Part shown: positions 1-9,327 of the stretch, in pieces
Numbering within the stretch: the stretch's first letter is position 1
Layout: each line of letters begins with the position of its first letter
Translations under genes and position numbers: made by a program
Notes under the pieces: model-generated
Told to the model about the DNA's origin: nothing
Databases searched by the model: none
What the model saw: only the letters and a program-made list of their open reading frames with translations
NCBI GenBank assembly: GCA_947465215.1
Contig: CANHZX010000001.1
Span: forward strand, 1,718 to 65,717
DNA length: 64,000 nucleotides
Reading direction: 5' to 3'
DNA from: Betaproteobacteria bacterium
Lineage (GTDB): Bacteria; Pseudomonadota; Gammaproteobacteria; Burkholderiales; SG8-41

Positions 1-50
1 GCATCGAGGTGGTCATGCAGGTCCGCGTAACCGCGATCACTTTTTTTCAT
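1..50 (-). CDS. 5' end of a CDS continuing beyond the window start (MKKSDRGYADLHDHLDA...); product not assignable
   Basis: ATG at 50..48 on the minus strand, open to position 1. Only 16 codons are visible. Confidence 0.3.
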   Translation of the reverse strand, partial: MKKSDRGYADLHDHLD

Positions 51-77
51 GCTGTGACTGAACTCCTGTGACCCCGG

Positions 78-911
78 TTATTTGGCGGCGCGAGTGGCGA
101 TCCACGGCGCGGTATTGCCGCCGGTGGTGACGGTGCCTTCGATACGGTTGCCGTTGACCTTGCCGGCGTAGCGGGCGTCACCCGCGGTAAAGCTGATATC
201 GTCACCGCGCAGGCGGCCCAACTGCACATTGGACAGCTTGCCGCCGCTGCTCACCGAGCCCTGCACCATCTGGTATTCCTGGGCGAGCTTGATTTCTTCA
301 TTGCCGGATTTCCAAATGCCTTCGACCTTGGCGGGCACGATCCACATATAGGCCGTGCAGTAGCTGCTGCACTCGCCCTTGGCGCCCTGGGTTTCATCCG
401 ACTTCCAGTCACCCATGGTGAAGGAGTTGGAGATCACGCGGGTGCCCGGCTTCATGTTGAGAATGGTCGGACGCAGTTTGACGTTGAGGTCGGGCAGCAG
501 GAACAGCGTGATCACCGTCGCCTTCGTAAAATCGGTCTCGAAAATGTCGCCATGGATGAACGTCGCCTTGCCGGTCACACCGGCCGCCGCCGCATTGCGG
601 CGCGACAGTTCGACCATGTCCGGGTTGTATTCCACGCCGTAGGCGGTTGCTCCGCGTTTGGCGGCGGTGATCACCGTACGGCCGTCGCCCGAGCCGAGGT
701 CGTAATGAATGTCTTTGGGCGTCAGCTTGGCCATGTCGAGCATGCGGTCGACAAGGCCCTGCGCCGTCGGCACCCAGACCACGTCCTTGCCGGCCTGGCC
801 GACTTCGGGCTGGAACTCGGGCTTGGCTGCGGACTGCGCCATTGCATTGAAGGCAAAAATGGACAGTGCGAGCGCCAGCACGGTGCGGCGCGTTTTAATC
901 ATGGATTGCAT
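78..911 (-). CDS. class I SAM-dependent methyltransferase with N-terminal signal peptide
   Basis: SAM motif I DLGSGDGRTVITAAKRG. Start trimmed from the 368-aa ORF to MQSMIKTRRTVLALALSIFAFNAMAQS (ATG at 911), which reads as a cleavable signal peptide (AMA-QS). Confidence 0.8.
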   Translation of the reverse strand: MQSMIKTRRTVLALALSIFAFNAMAQSAAKPEFQPEVGQAGKDVVWVPTAQGLVDRMLDMAKLTPKDIHYDLGSGDGRTVITAAKRGATAYGVEYNPDMVELSRRNAAAAGVTGKATFIHGDIFETDFTKATVITLFLLPDLNVKLRPTILNMKPGTRVISNSFTMGDWKSDETQGAKGECSSYCTAYMWIVPAKVEGIWKSGNEEIKLAQEYQMVQGSVSSGGKLSNVQLGRLRGDDISFTAGDARYAGKVNGNRIEGTVTTGGNTAPWIATRAAK

Positions 912-1029
912 GGTCAATCTCCAGGTGGGAATTGATGAATGGCTGCCGGGCGATGATACCGGATTCAGGCCGCAAAATACGTGACAGCCCTTCGGGATTA
1001 TCATGGTGTTTTGGAGATTCGCCATCGTC

Positions 1030-3090
1030 ATGCATAGACCAACGCCGCAACGCCGCATCGTCAAGGCCGCCTGCCCCCACGACTGCCCCGACACCTGCTC
1101 GATGGAGATTGCCGTCGAAGACGGCAAGGCAGTATCGGTGCGCGGCGGCGATATGCCCTTCACCGCCGGCACGCTGTGCACCAAGGTTGCACGTTACCTC
1201 GACCGCACTTACTCGCCGTCACGCATTCTTTACCCGATGAAACGCGTCGGACGTAAAGGCGAAGGCCGCTTCGCGCGCATTTCTTGGGATGAAGCACTGT
1301 ACACGATCGCCGCGCGTTTCAAGGCCTTCGCCGCTGAAGACCCGCAGCAGATCCTGCCGGTCAGTTATGCCGGCACCATGGGCATGGTCAATTACGCGTC
1401 GATGGACCGGCGCTTTTTCCATCGTCTCGGCGCCAGCCTGCTTGAGCGCACGCTGTGCTCGTCCGCCGGCAAGGCCGGTTCAAAAATCACGCTGGGTGGC
1501 TCCGTCGGCAGCGATCCGGAACAGGCGGAACACGCTCGACTGATCATCATCTGGGGCTCCAATCCGGTGATTTCCAATCTGCATTTCTGGTCACGCTGCC
1601 AGCAGGCCAAACGCCGCGGCGCAAAACTGGTGATCATTGATCCCCGACGCAACGAAACCGCAGATAAATGCGACCAGCACATCGCCCTGTATCCGGGCAC
1701 CGATGCCGCGCTTGCTCTGGCAATGATGCACGTCATCATCGCGGATGGACTGACCGACGCTGACTACATCGATAAACACACGCTGGGTTATGCCGAACTC
1801 GCCGCGCGAGTGCGCGAATGGACGCCGCAGCGCGCGGCGGCGATCTGCGGCATCACCGCTGGCGAAATCATCAACCTCGCCCGCGACTACGCAGGCGCCC
1901 GGCCGGCGATGATACGCATCAACTTCGGCCTGCAGCGCCATGCCGGCGGCGGCATGGCAGTGCGCACCATCACTTGCCTGCCCGCGCTTACCGGCAGTTG
2001 GCGCGATGCCGCCGGCGGCGTGCTGCTGATGACCAGCGATTTCTACGGCTTCAATCACCAGGCTCTGGAGCGCCCCGACCTGATCCGCGGCAAACCGCGC
2101 AGCATCAACATCGCGGCGCTGGGTGATGCACTCACCGCGGCACAGCCGCCGGTCAAGGCCGCTTATGTCTACAACAACAATCCTGTCGCCGTCTGCCCGG
2201 ACTCGCGCAAGGTCATCGCCGGTTTTATGCGCGAAGACCTGTTCACCGTGGTCCATGAGATTTTCCAGACCGACACCGCCGATTACGCCGACATCCTGCT
2301 GCCGGCAACGACGCAGCTGGAACACACCGACCTGCACAAGTCCTACGGCCATCTCTATGTTCAGGCCAGCCAACCGGCGATTGACCCGGTCGGTGAAGCC
2401 AAACCGAATGCCGAGGTATTCCGCCTGCTGGCGGCGCGCATGGGTTTCGACGAGCCCTGCCTGCGTGACTCTGATGAGGATCTCTGCCGGCAGGCGCTGG
2501 ATTCGAAAGGGCCGGCACTGAACGGTATCAACTGGGAATCCCTGAAGACACGCGGCTGGCAGCGGCTGAATGTGCCAACAGCACCTTTCGCACACGGCGG
2601 CTTCCCGACGCCTTCTGGAAAATGCGAGTTCTACAGCGAGACCGCCAAGGGGATGGGGCTGGACCCGCTGCCGGCATTTACGCCGCCGCGGGAAAGTCCG
2701 GTGAATCCGTCAGTGCTGTCACAACGCTATCCACTGGCCTTCATCTCGCCACCGCACCGGCACTTCCTCAACTCATCCTTCGCCAATCTCGATTTCGCGC
2801 TGAAGGACGCCGGCGTGCCGACGCTGGAAATCCATCCGGATGACGCGGCTGCAAGGGGCATCGCCGAAAACACCGAAGTTCGCGTTTTCAACGACCGCGG
2901 TGAATACACCGTGCGCGCAAGAATTACCGACCGCGTTCGACGCGGCGTGGTGTCGGCCCCCTCGGTATGGTGGAAAAAACTGTCGCCGGACAAACGCAAC
3001 GCCAATGAACTGACGTCTCAGGCCTTGGCGGACATGGGCGGCGCGGCGACTTATTACGACTGTCTGGTGGAGGTCGCTCCAGCCATATAA
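1030..3090 (+). CDS. molybdopterin (bis-MGD) oxidoreductase family protein, cytoplasmic type
   Basis: N-terminal 4Fe-4S motif CPHDCPDTC...C. Length (~686 aa) and overall sequence fit the molybdopterin oxidoreductase / dinucleotide-binding domain family. No Tat signal. Start at ATG 1030 (MHRPTPQRRIVKAACPHDC). Confidence 0.85.
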   Translation: MHRPTPQRRIVKAACPHDCPDTCSMEIAVEDGKAVSVRGGDMPFTAGTLCTKVARYLDRTYSPSRILYPMKRVGRKGEGRFARISWDEALYTIAARFKAFAAEDPQQILPVSYAGTMGMVNYASMDRRFFHRLGASLLERTLCSSAGKAGSKITLGGSVGSDPEQAEHARLIIIWGSNPVISNLHFWSRCQQAKRRGAKLVIIDPRRNETADKCDQHIALYPGTDAALALAMMHVIIADGLTDADYIDKHTLGYAELAARVREWTPQRAAAICGITAGEIINLARDYAGARPAMIRINFGLQRHAGGGMAVRTITCLPALTGSWRDAAGGVLLMTSDFYGFNHQALERPDLIRGKPRSINIAALGDALTAAQPPVKAAYVYNNNPVAVCPDSRKVIAGFMREDLFTVVHEIFQTDTADYADILLPATTQLEHTDLHKSYGHLYVQASQPAIDPVGEAKPNAEVFRLLAARMGFDEPCLRDSDEDLCRQALDSKGPALNGINWESLKTRGWQRLNVPTAPFAHGGFPTPSGKCEFYSETAKGMGLDPLPAFTPPRESPVNPSVLSQRYPLAFISPPHRHFLNSSFANLDFALKDAGVPTLEIHPDDAAARGIAENTEVRVFNDRGEYTVRARITDRVRRGVVSAPSVWWKKLSPDKRNANELTSQALADMGGAATYYDCLVEVAPAI

Positions 3091-3104
3091 CCCTGCCTAA
3101 AACA

Positions 3105-3131
3105 AAAAGCCCGCGACTGCGGGCTTTTTAT
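3105..3131. terminator. bidirectional rho-independent terminator
   Basis: aaaaaGCCCGCgactGCGGGCttttta lying between convergent genes. Confidence 0.7.
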
Positions 3132-3156
3132 TGTGCATTTGTAAAAATTTACCGTT

Positions 3157-3993
3157 TCACTGTGGCTTCCAGCGATACGCCCGGGCACAGGCCTCGCCCA
3201 TCAGCATCGCCCGTTCGCTGGCGCTGATGCGATCGGTGAGGCGGAACGGCTCGACTGCCTGCTCGTAGTTGACGACTGCAAAAGCGCGGGTCCAGTCTGT
3301 ACCCCACAGGCAACGCTCAAAACCCCAGGCATCAAACACACGGGCCAGCGGATCCCAGATATCCGGGAAGGGATAAGGCTTCTGCGACAGCGTGCAAGCG
3401 CCGCTGACCTTGATCACCAGGTTCGGACGCTTGGCCAGTTCAAGCACCTTGGGCAGATCGGCCCAGGGCTGTGCCGCCAGCGCGGAAGGATCATGCGGCT
3501 GCAGGATACCGAGATGGTCGATGATGAAACGCACATCCGGGTGTTTGTCGATCAGCGCAGTGCCGGCATCGAGATTGCCCCAGCAGAGGATGTTCACCGG
3601 CAAGTCATGGCGCACCGCGGCGCGCAGAATGCGCTGCAGGCCGGGATCGTCGGGACTGCGACCGGAATCCTTTTTGAGGATGACCCGGATGCCCACGGTG
3701 CCCGGCGATTTCTTCCATTCGGCAACGACCTCTTCCGCGGCGGGATCATCGGGGTTGATCGGTTTGACCAGCCCGAATTTGCCGGGGTGGGCTTTCTGTA
3801 CTTCGACGGCATAACTTGCGTCGTAGCCGTACATCGAAAACGACGAAATGAAAATGGCGCCGTCGATACCGAGTTTGGTCATCGCCGCGACCATCTCGTC
3901 ACCGCTGGCGGACGGCGGCCAGTTCGGCGTGCTCTGCCAGGGACGTTTCGGGGTGTTGGCCTCGTAGGCGTGAATCTGCGAATCAATGATCAT
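3157..3993 (-). CDS. amidohydrolase family protein (Amidohydro_2 / ACMSD-like TIM-barrel metal hydrolase)
   Basis: MIIDSQIHAYE N-terminus (metal-ligand His), an internal DHLG motif and a WGTDW motif, typical of this family. Confidence 0.75.
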   Translation of the reverse strand: MIIDSQIHAYEANTPKRPWQSTPNWPPSASGDEMVAAMTKLGIDGAIFISSFSMYGYDASYAVEVQKAHPGKFGLVKPINPDDPAAEEVVAEWKKSPGTVGIRVILKKDSGRSPDDPGLQRILRAAVRHDLPVNILCWGNLDAGTALIDKHPDVRFIIDHLGILQPHDPSALAAQPWADLPKVLELAKRPNLVIKVSGACTLSQKPYPFPDIWDPLARVFDAWGFERCLWGTDWTRAFAVVNYEQAVEPFRLTDRISASERAMLMGEACARAYRWKPQ

Positions 3994-4017
3994 GGTTGAT
4001 ACTCCGGAAAAGCGGAA

Positions 4018-4473
4018 TTAACGGACGCCGAGCAGCGACACTTCAAACACCAGCGTTGCGTTCGGCGGGATCACACCGCCAGCGCCGCGCGCACCATAGG
4101 CAATCGACGACGGACAGGTCAGCCGGGCCGCGCCGCCGACTTTCATCAGCGCCACGCCTTCGGTCCAGCACTTGATCACGCCGGTCAGCGGAAACTCGAT
4201 GGGCTCACCGCGACTGTAGGAACTGTCGAACTCGCGGCCGTCGGGAAACATGCCGCGGTAATGCACGCGCACTGTTGACGATGCGGTCGGTTGCGCGCCA
4301 TTGCCTTCCTTGACCATCAGGATAACCAGACCGCTGGGCGTGACCTTGGCACCCGGCTCCTTGGCCGCAGCAGCAAGCGCCTTGTCCGGAGCCTGCGCGA
4401 GGACCGGCGCTGCAGTTTGAAACAAGCCGGCAAGAGTGCAGGCAAAAACGAATTTCAGAATATTGGTTTTCAT
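4018..4473 (-). CDS. FKBP-type peptidyl-prolyl cis-trans isomerase, exported
   Basis: VHYRGMFPDGREFDSSYSRGEPIEFPL...VIKCWTEG...IPPNATLVFEVSLLGV is a canonical FKBP domain. Signal peptide MKTNILKFVFACTLAGLFQTAAPVLAQA. ATG at 4473. Confidence 0.85.
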   Translation of the reverse strand: MKTNILKFVFACTLAGLFQTAAPVLAQAPDKALAAAAKEPGAKVTPSGLVILMVKEGNGAQPTASSTVRVHYRGMFPDGREFDSSYSRGEPIEFPLTGVIKCWTEGVALMKVGGAARLTCPSSIAYGARGAGGVIPPNATLVFEVSLLGVR

Positions 4474-4489
4474 GAGGATTTCTCGTGGT

Positions 4490-5005
4490 TCAGGTTTTTT
4501 TGGGAATGACGATCTGGGTCTGGGTGACGATGGCGACCTTGGTCCCGTCCATATTGCTAACAGTGGTTTGCCACACCATGGTGGTGCGGCCGATATGCAG
4601 CGGCACGGTGTGCGCCTGGAGTTTTTCACCCTCGCCCGCGGCGAAAAAATTGGTTTTTGATTCCAGCGTCGTCGTGCGGTAACCCTCGGGCAGATTGGCC
4701 AGCGTGCCGATCGCCCCCAGCACGTCGGCAAACGACATCAGGATGCCGCCGTTGATGCGGCCGCTGCGGTTGATATGGTCTTCACTGACCGTCATTTCCG
4801 CGTTGATGCCCTTTCGCGTCAGCCGCTTCAGATGAAGATGCAGCGACCGGCCCATACCCACCGACAGCGACTGTTCGATCATCGCGCGGTTGGCCGGCGG
4901 CAGAGCCACCTTCGCCGGCATGCGCTCAGTGGCGCTTTTGGGTTTCGTGACTTTGGATTTTGCTGCTTTGGATTTTACTACCTTGGATTTTTTTGCGGCG
5001 CTCAC
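4490..5005 (-). CDS. PaaI/hotdog-fold thioesterase with lysine-rich N-terminal repeat extension
   Basis: The C-terminal ~140 aa resemble PaaI-family thioesterases (GGILMSFADVLG...TLESKTNFF). GTG start at 5005 overlaps the upstream TGA (GTGA). An alternative ATG at 4921 would remove the KSK tail. Confidence 0.7.
   Translation of the reverse strand: MSAAKKSKVVKSKAAKSKVTKPKSATERMPAKVALPPANRAMIEQSLSVGMGRSLHLHLKRLTRKGINAEMTVSEDHINRSGRINGGILMSFADVLGAIGTLANLPEGYRTTTLESKTNFFAAGEGEKLQAHTVPLHIGRTTMVWQTTVSNMDGTKVAIVTQTQIVIPKKT
4935..4995 (-). repeat. in-frame 15-bp tandem repeat (about 4 units) encoding KSKVV/KSKAA/KSKVT/KPKSA
   Basis: Plus strand reads ctttggattttgctg / ctttggattttacta / ccttggatttttttg, plus one degenerate unit. 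The period is 5 codons. Confidence 0.8.
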
Positions 5006-5724
5006 AACAATTGTCCCTGTAATGGCATCAGCTCGAGTATAGCCGAGGCAGCCGCCTCCTCGATCAGCGTGGCGTCTTCATTGCGAACGCTGTTGACGCG
5101 AGGACTGACAGGGTGCATATGCATCGCTGTCGGATCATAAGGCTGCAGCAGCGCCTCCAGTCCAGGAGCACCTGTGTTGTGCGGATCCAGCCATTGGTCA
5201 TAGGCGCTTTCCGGCACGATCACCGGCATGCGGTCATGAATAGGGGCCATCAGCGCATTCGCTGCCGTCGTCAGCATGGTGAAGGTTGTCATCGCCGGCG
5301 ATGCCGCATCGCCCGGCCTGTATTCATAGAGTCCGGCGACAGCAAACAGCTCATCGTCCTGCATGCGGAAGAAATAAGGGGTTTTCGTGGCGCCGCTGCG
5401 TTGCCATTCGTAAAAACCGTTCATCGGTACCAGACAACGCCGTCGACGATAAGCCTCGCGGAAGGTGGGTTTCTCCGAGACCGTTTCGGCCCGCGCATTG
5501 TTGAGAGGCGCACCTTTGCCCGGCGTCTTCGACCAGGCCGGCACGAAGCCCCAGCGCATCATTATCAGCTGCGGGCCGCGTTCGGCATCGATGCAATACA
5601 CAGGCAGATCCTGCATCGGCGGAATGTTGAAACGCGGCGCATAGTCGATGACCTCACCGCGAAACGCCAGCTTGTCACCCTGCTTTCTTGTTTTAGGCCC
5701 GCGCAGGGCATACCGTCCGCACAT
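5002..5724 (-). CDS. SOS response-associated peptidase (SRAP/YedK family, abasic-site DNA-protein crosslink)
   Basis: Begins MCGRY (the invariant Cys2 nucleophile). Length is typical for SRAP, and the conserved NARAET and FYEW blocks are present. Confidence 0.9.
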   Translation of the reverse strand: MCGRYALRGPKTRKQGDKLAFRGEVIDYAPRFNIPPMQDLPVYCIDAERGPQLIMMRWGFVPAWSKTPGKGAPLNNARAETVSEKPTFREAYRRRRCLVPMNGFYEWQRSGATKTPYFFRMQDDELFAVAGLYEYRPGDAASPAMTTFTMLTTAANALMAPIHDRMPVIVPESAYDQWLDPHNTGAPGLEALLQPYDPTAMHMHPVSPRVNSVRNEDATLIEEAAASAILELMPLQGQLL

Positions 5725-5836
5725 GGCTGCATTTTAAGTCACGGGCTGCGCCCGAACGAATTTCATAAATAATTGTTTAAATTAAATAGTTTTTTACTTG
5801 CTGGCGCCGGCGATTCTTGGCGTAATAGCTGCCACC

Positions 5837-6673
5837 ATGAGAACCCCAATCAACGGCGCAAGCCTCCAATACGAAATCATCGGCAGCAGCGGCCCCTGGG
5901 TCGCGCTGTCTCCCGGCGGCCGCCGTCCGATGGCCGCCGTCAAAGCGCTGGCGCAACACATCGCCGCTGGTGGTTATCGCGTGCTGATTCATGACCGCCG
6001 CAGTTGCGGTGCGTCGGAAGTGCTGCTGGGCGGCGATGCGGCCGAACATGAAGTCTGGGCCGACGATCTGTATGCGCTGCTGAAACAGCTTGATGCGCTG
6101 CCGGCATTCGTGGGCGGGAGCTCTTCCGGCTGCCGCATGTCGCTGGCGTTTGCCCTACGTTATCCGCAAGCGGTGCGCGGCCTGCTGCTGTGGCGCGTCA
6201 CCGGCGGCCACTTCGCCGCACAACGCCTGTCGCGCGAGTACTACGCGCAATACCTCAGCGCCATGCAAAACGGCGGCATGACCGCGATGTGCGAGACGCC
6301 GCATTTCCGCGATCTGATCGCCGCTTACCCGCCGAACCGCGACAAGTTGATGGCTGCCGATCCGCAGGCCGTGATTGCGGCGATGAAACGCTGGAGCAAG
6401 GGTTTCATTGATGAAGCCGGTTATCCGGTGATCGGCGCGACCGAGGCGCAGCTGCGCTCAATCAAGATTCCCGCCTGCGTCATTCCCGGTAACGACAACA
6501 CGCATCCCAAAGCCGTTGGTGAAACGCTGGCACGCATGCTGCCTGATGCCACGCTGAACATCCTGTTTGCCGAGCATCTGGATGTCGATGTGGTGCCACC
6601 CGAAGCCTGGGCGGTCAAGGAAAAGGCAATGGCGGCGATGCTGCTCACCTTCCTGAACAACCGGAGCCGCTGA
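5837..6673 (+). CDS. alpha/beta hydrolase
   Basis: Nucleophile elbow GGSSSG. Typical abhydrolase length. ATG at 5837 chosen (MRTPINGASLQYEIIGSSGPWVALSPGG). Confidence 0.75.
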   Translation: MRTPINGASLQYEIIGSSGPWVALSPGGRRPMAAVKALAQHIAAGGYRVLIHDRRSCGASEVLLGGDAAEHEVWADDLYALLKQLDALPAFVGGSSSGCRMSLAFALRYPQAVRGLLLWRVTGGHFAAQRLSREYYAQYLSAMQNGGMTAMCETPHFRDLIAAYPPNRDKLMAADPQAVIAAMKRWSKGFIDEAGYPVIGATEAQLRSIKIPACVIPGNDNTHPKAVGETLARMLPDATLNILFAEHLDVDVVPPEAWAVKEKAMAAMLLTFLNNRSR

Positions 6674-6678
6674 ACCGC

Positions 6679-7479
6679 TTACGTTTTGTAGTCCGGGTAA
6701 CGCATCTCGACCAGCGCGAGACTCGCCACCCAGTCGCGGCTTTCTGCGTCATAGACACCCATGCGGCCGAATTTCGCCGCACGCGCCACGCACACCTCGT
6801 GGTCCGGCAGGATCAGCTTGCCGCCGCCGGCGAGTGCACCGATCTGCGCGCGGCAGGCCAGTTCAAAGAAGTGGTGATAGATATAGGCCTCGGGCAAGGT
6901 CTTGCCGCAGACCAGCGCACCGTGATTCTCCAGCAGCATGGTCCAGTGATCGCCCAGCGCCGCCGCCAGTTGATCCGCGCCTTCGCGCGTCGTGTCATCG
7001 GTGAGGTTGGGATAACGCGCAATGCGGTTGTAAAAACGCATCGCCTGCTGGGTCAGCGGCAGCAGGCCGTGCTGTTGCGCCGACACCGCAAGATTGGCAG
7101 GCGAATGGGTATGCACTGCGGCATTGATGTCCGGCCGCGTTCTCAATACCGCGGCATGCAGGTTGTAAGCCGCCGGGCTGGCCTTGAACGGTGACACGCC
7201 GACCTGGCGGCCTTCGAGGTCATACTTCACCAGATTCGACGCCGTCACCTGCTCCATCAACACGTTGTCGGCCTTGACCAGAAAATGCCCCGGCTCGCCG
7301 GGCACACGCACCGAAATATGGTTGTAGGTCAGATCAACAAACACGAAATGCGCAACCAGCCGGTGCGCTGCCGCCAGTTCACAGCGTGCCTGCCATTCCG
7401 CCGCGGAAATCCCTGTCCGTGACACGCGCGGGCGCGCGGTACGCGTCGCGGCATGTTTCTTCTTCGACCGGGTGGCCAT
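6679..7479 (-). CDS. class II aldolase/adducin family protein
   Basis: Aldolase_II-like core with a His cluster (AVHTHSP..., ENHG). Basic N-terminal extension MATRSKKKHAATRTARPR. Confidence 0.8.
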   Translation of the reverse strand: MATRSKKKHAATRTARPRVSRTGISAAEWQARCELAAAHRLVAHFVFVDLTYNHISVRVPGEPGHFLVKADNVLMEQVTASNLVKYDLEGRQVGVSPFKASPAAYNLHAAVLRTRPDINAAVHTHSPANLAVSAQQHGLLPLTQQAMRFYNRIARYPNLTDDTTREGADQLAAALGDHWTMLLENHGALVCGKTLPEAYIYHHFFELACRAQIGALAGGGKLILPDHEVCVARAAKFGRMGVYDAESRDWVASLALVEMRYPDYKT

Positions 7480-7485
7480 GACGGT

Positions 7486-8454
7486 TCAGTCGACCTTCGC
7501 GCCGGAAATACGCACAACTTTTTCGTATTTTTCCATGTCGCGTTTCACAAAGGCCGTGAACTCCTCGACGCTGCTGCCCACCGGATCGGCGCCGAGCGCG
7601 ATGAACTGCGCCTGCATCTCCGGCGTCTTCACGGTTTTTACCAAAGCGCCATTGACGCGGCTGACGATAGTGCGCGGGGTTTTGGCCGGCGCGAACATGC
7701 CGAACCAGTTGACCGCCTCGAAACCGGGCACGCCGGATTCATGGATGGTCGGTACATCCGGCAGCTGCGGCGAACGCTGCAGACTGGCAATACCCAGCAC
7801 GCGGATCTTGCCTGTCTTGATGTAGCCGACAATCGGCGCGACCGAATTGAACATCATGTTCATGTGGCCGGCCAGTACATCGGTCACCGCCTGCGGCGCT
7901 CCCTTGTACGGCACGTGAACAATGTCGACACCCGCCATCTGCTTGAACAGCTCGCCGGCAAGGTGGTTGGCGACGCCGTTGCCGGCGGAGGCGTAATTCA
8001 GTTTACCCGGCTGCGACTTGGCCAGCGCGATCAGTTCCCGGACGGTCTTCGCCGGCACTGAGGGGTGAGTCATCAGCACAAAGGGTCCGATCGAAATCAG
8101 GCTGACCGGCGCGAAATCGCGAATGGTGTCGTAGGGAATACCTTTGCGCATATGAGGCAGGATGGTCAGCGCGCCGGGGCTGCTGATGAACAGCGTGTAG
8201 CCGTCAGGGGCTGATTTCGCAGCAATCTCGGCGCCAATGACCCCGCCGCCACCCGCGCGGTTGTCAGCCACCAATGACACGCCGAGCTGTTGCGACAACC
8301 CCGGGAACACCAAGCGCGCGGTGACATCAGGTGTTGCACCCGCGGGGACCGACAGAATCACGCGGATCGGCTTGTCCGGCCATTCGGCAGCCTGTGCAGC
8401 AAATGCCACCAGCGCCACGACCACGGACAATCCTGCTTTGGACATTGTTTTCAT
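7486..8454 (-). CDS. Bug family tripartite tricarboxylate transporter substrate-binding protein (TctC-like)
   Basis: Signal peptide. Family blocks PIRVI..P.G...D, DNR.G.GG, PDGYT, HVPYKG, LP(D)VPT. RBS AGGAGGAG. Confidence 0.9.
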   Translation of the reverse strand: MKTMSKAGLSVVVALVAFAAQAAEWPDKPIRVILSVPAGATPDVTARLVFPGLSQQLGVSLVADNRAGGGGVIGAEIAAKSAPDGYTLFISSPGALTILPHMRKGIPYDTIRDFAPVSLISIGPFVLMTHPSVPAKTVRELIALAKSQPGKLNYASAGNGVANHLAGELFKQMAGVDIVHVPYKGAPQAVTDVLAGHMNMMFNSVAPIVGYIKTGKIRVLGIASLQRSPQLPDVPTIHESGVPGFEAVNWFGMFAPAKTPRTIVSRVNGALVKTVKTPEMQAQFIALGADPVGSSVEEFTAFVKRDMEKYEKVVRISGAKVD

Positions 8455-8563
8455 TGAAACTCCTCCTGACTGGGCGATGCATGGTAACGGTTCGCTGCCT
8501 GCCGGTAAAATCGGGCCTCGGCCGCATTCAAACCATCACCAGACACCCACCGGAGGAATTCTC

Positions 8564-9313
8564 ATGGCAGCAGGCAAGGAACTCGCAGGCAAGGTCGCAC
8601 TCGTCACCGGCGCGTCACGCAACATCGGCCGCGCCATCGCGATCGCACTGGCCGAAGCCGGTGCCACCGTCGCCGTCAACGCGCGCAGCGCCAAAGCGGA
8701 TGCCGATGCCGTGGTCGCTGAAATCCGCGCTGCCGGCGGTGTGGCGGAAACCTATATCGCCGATATCGCCGACAGCAAGGCCGTCAACGCCATGGTAGCC
8801 GACATCACCACAAAACACGGCAAGGTGGACATGCTCATTCTCAACGCATCGATCCGCAAGGAAACCGCGTTCATCGACATGAGTTATGAAGAATGGCGTA
8901 GCCTGCTGTCGATCACCCTCGATGGTTCCTTCTTCTGCACCAAAGCCTGCCTGCCATCGATGATCACGGCCGGCGGCGGCAGCATCGTCACGCTGGGCGG
9001 CATGACCGCGCTGTCGGGTGCCAAGAAACGCGTACACGGTTCAGTCGGCAAACATGGCTTGTGGGGCATGACCCGCGCACTGGCCAAGGAACTCGGCGAA
9101 CACCGGATCAACGTCAACTGTGTGGCGCCTGGACAGATGGATACCGCACGCGCGGCAGACCGTTCGGAACGCGCCCCGGTCACCAATGTGCCGATGGGCC
9201 GGCGCTCGACACCCGAAGAAGTCGCAGGGATTGTGCGTTATCTGTGCACGCCGGCCGGTCGCATGATCAGTGGACAGCTGATCTATGTGGACGGTGGTCA
9301 ACAAATGTTCTGA
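8564..9313 (+). CDS. SDR-fold protein, atypical (no YxxxK, no catalytic Ser)
   Basis: Rossmann motif GKVALVTGASRNIGRAIA. No Y-x3-K anywhere in the protein. The active-site region reads TLGGMTALSG...VHGSVGKHG. ATG at 8564. Confidence 0.85.
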   Translation: MAAGKELAGKVALVTGASRNIGRAIAIALAEAGATVAVNARSAKADADAVVAEIRAAGGVAETYIADIADSKAVNAMVADITTKHGKVDMLILNASIRKETAFIDMSYEEWRSLLSITLDGSFFCTKACLPSMITAGGGSIVTLGGMTALSGAKKRVHGSVGKHGLWGMTRALAKELGEHRINVNCVAPGQMDTARAADRSERAPVTNVPMGRRSTPEEVAGIVRYLCTPAGRMISGQLIYVDGGQQMF

Positions 9314-9327
9314 TGAATCTAAAGCAC

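Noticed and set aside
4935-4995. The 15-bp tandem repeat as a CRISPR-like or non-coding VNTR element.
   Set aside because: The units are contiguous with no spacers. The period is exactly 5 codons, in frame with the thioesterase ORF, and it encodes KSKxx.
5725-5836. A LexA (SOS) box upstream of the SRAP gene.
   Set aside because: No CTGT-N8-ACAG or similar dyad is present. The region is merely AT-rich.
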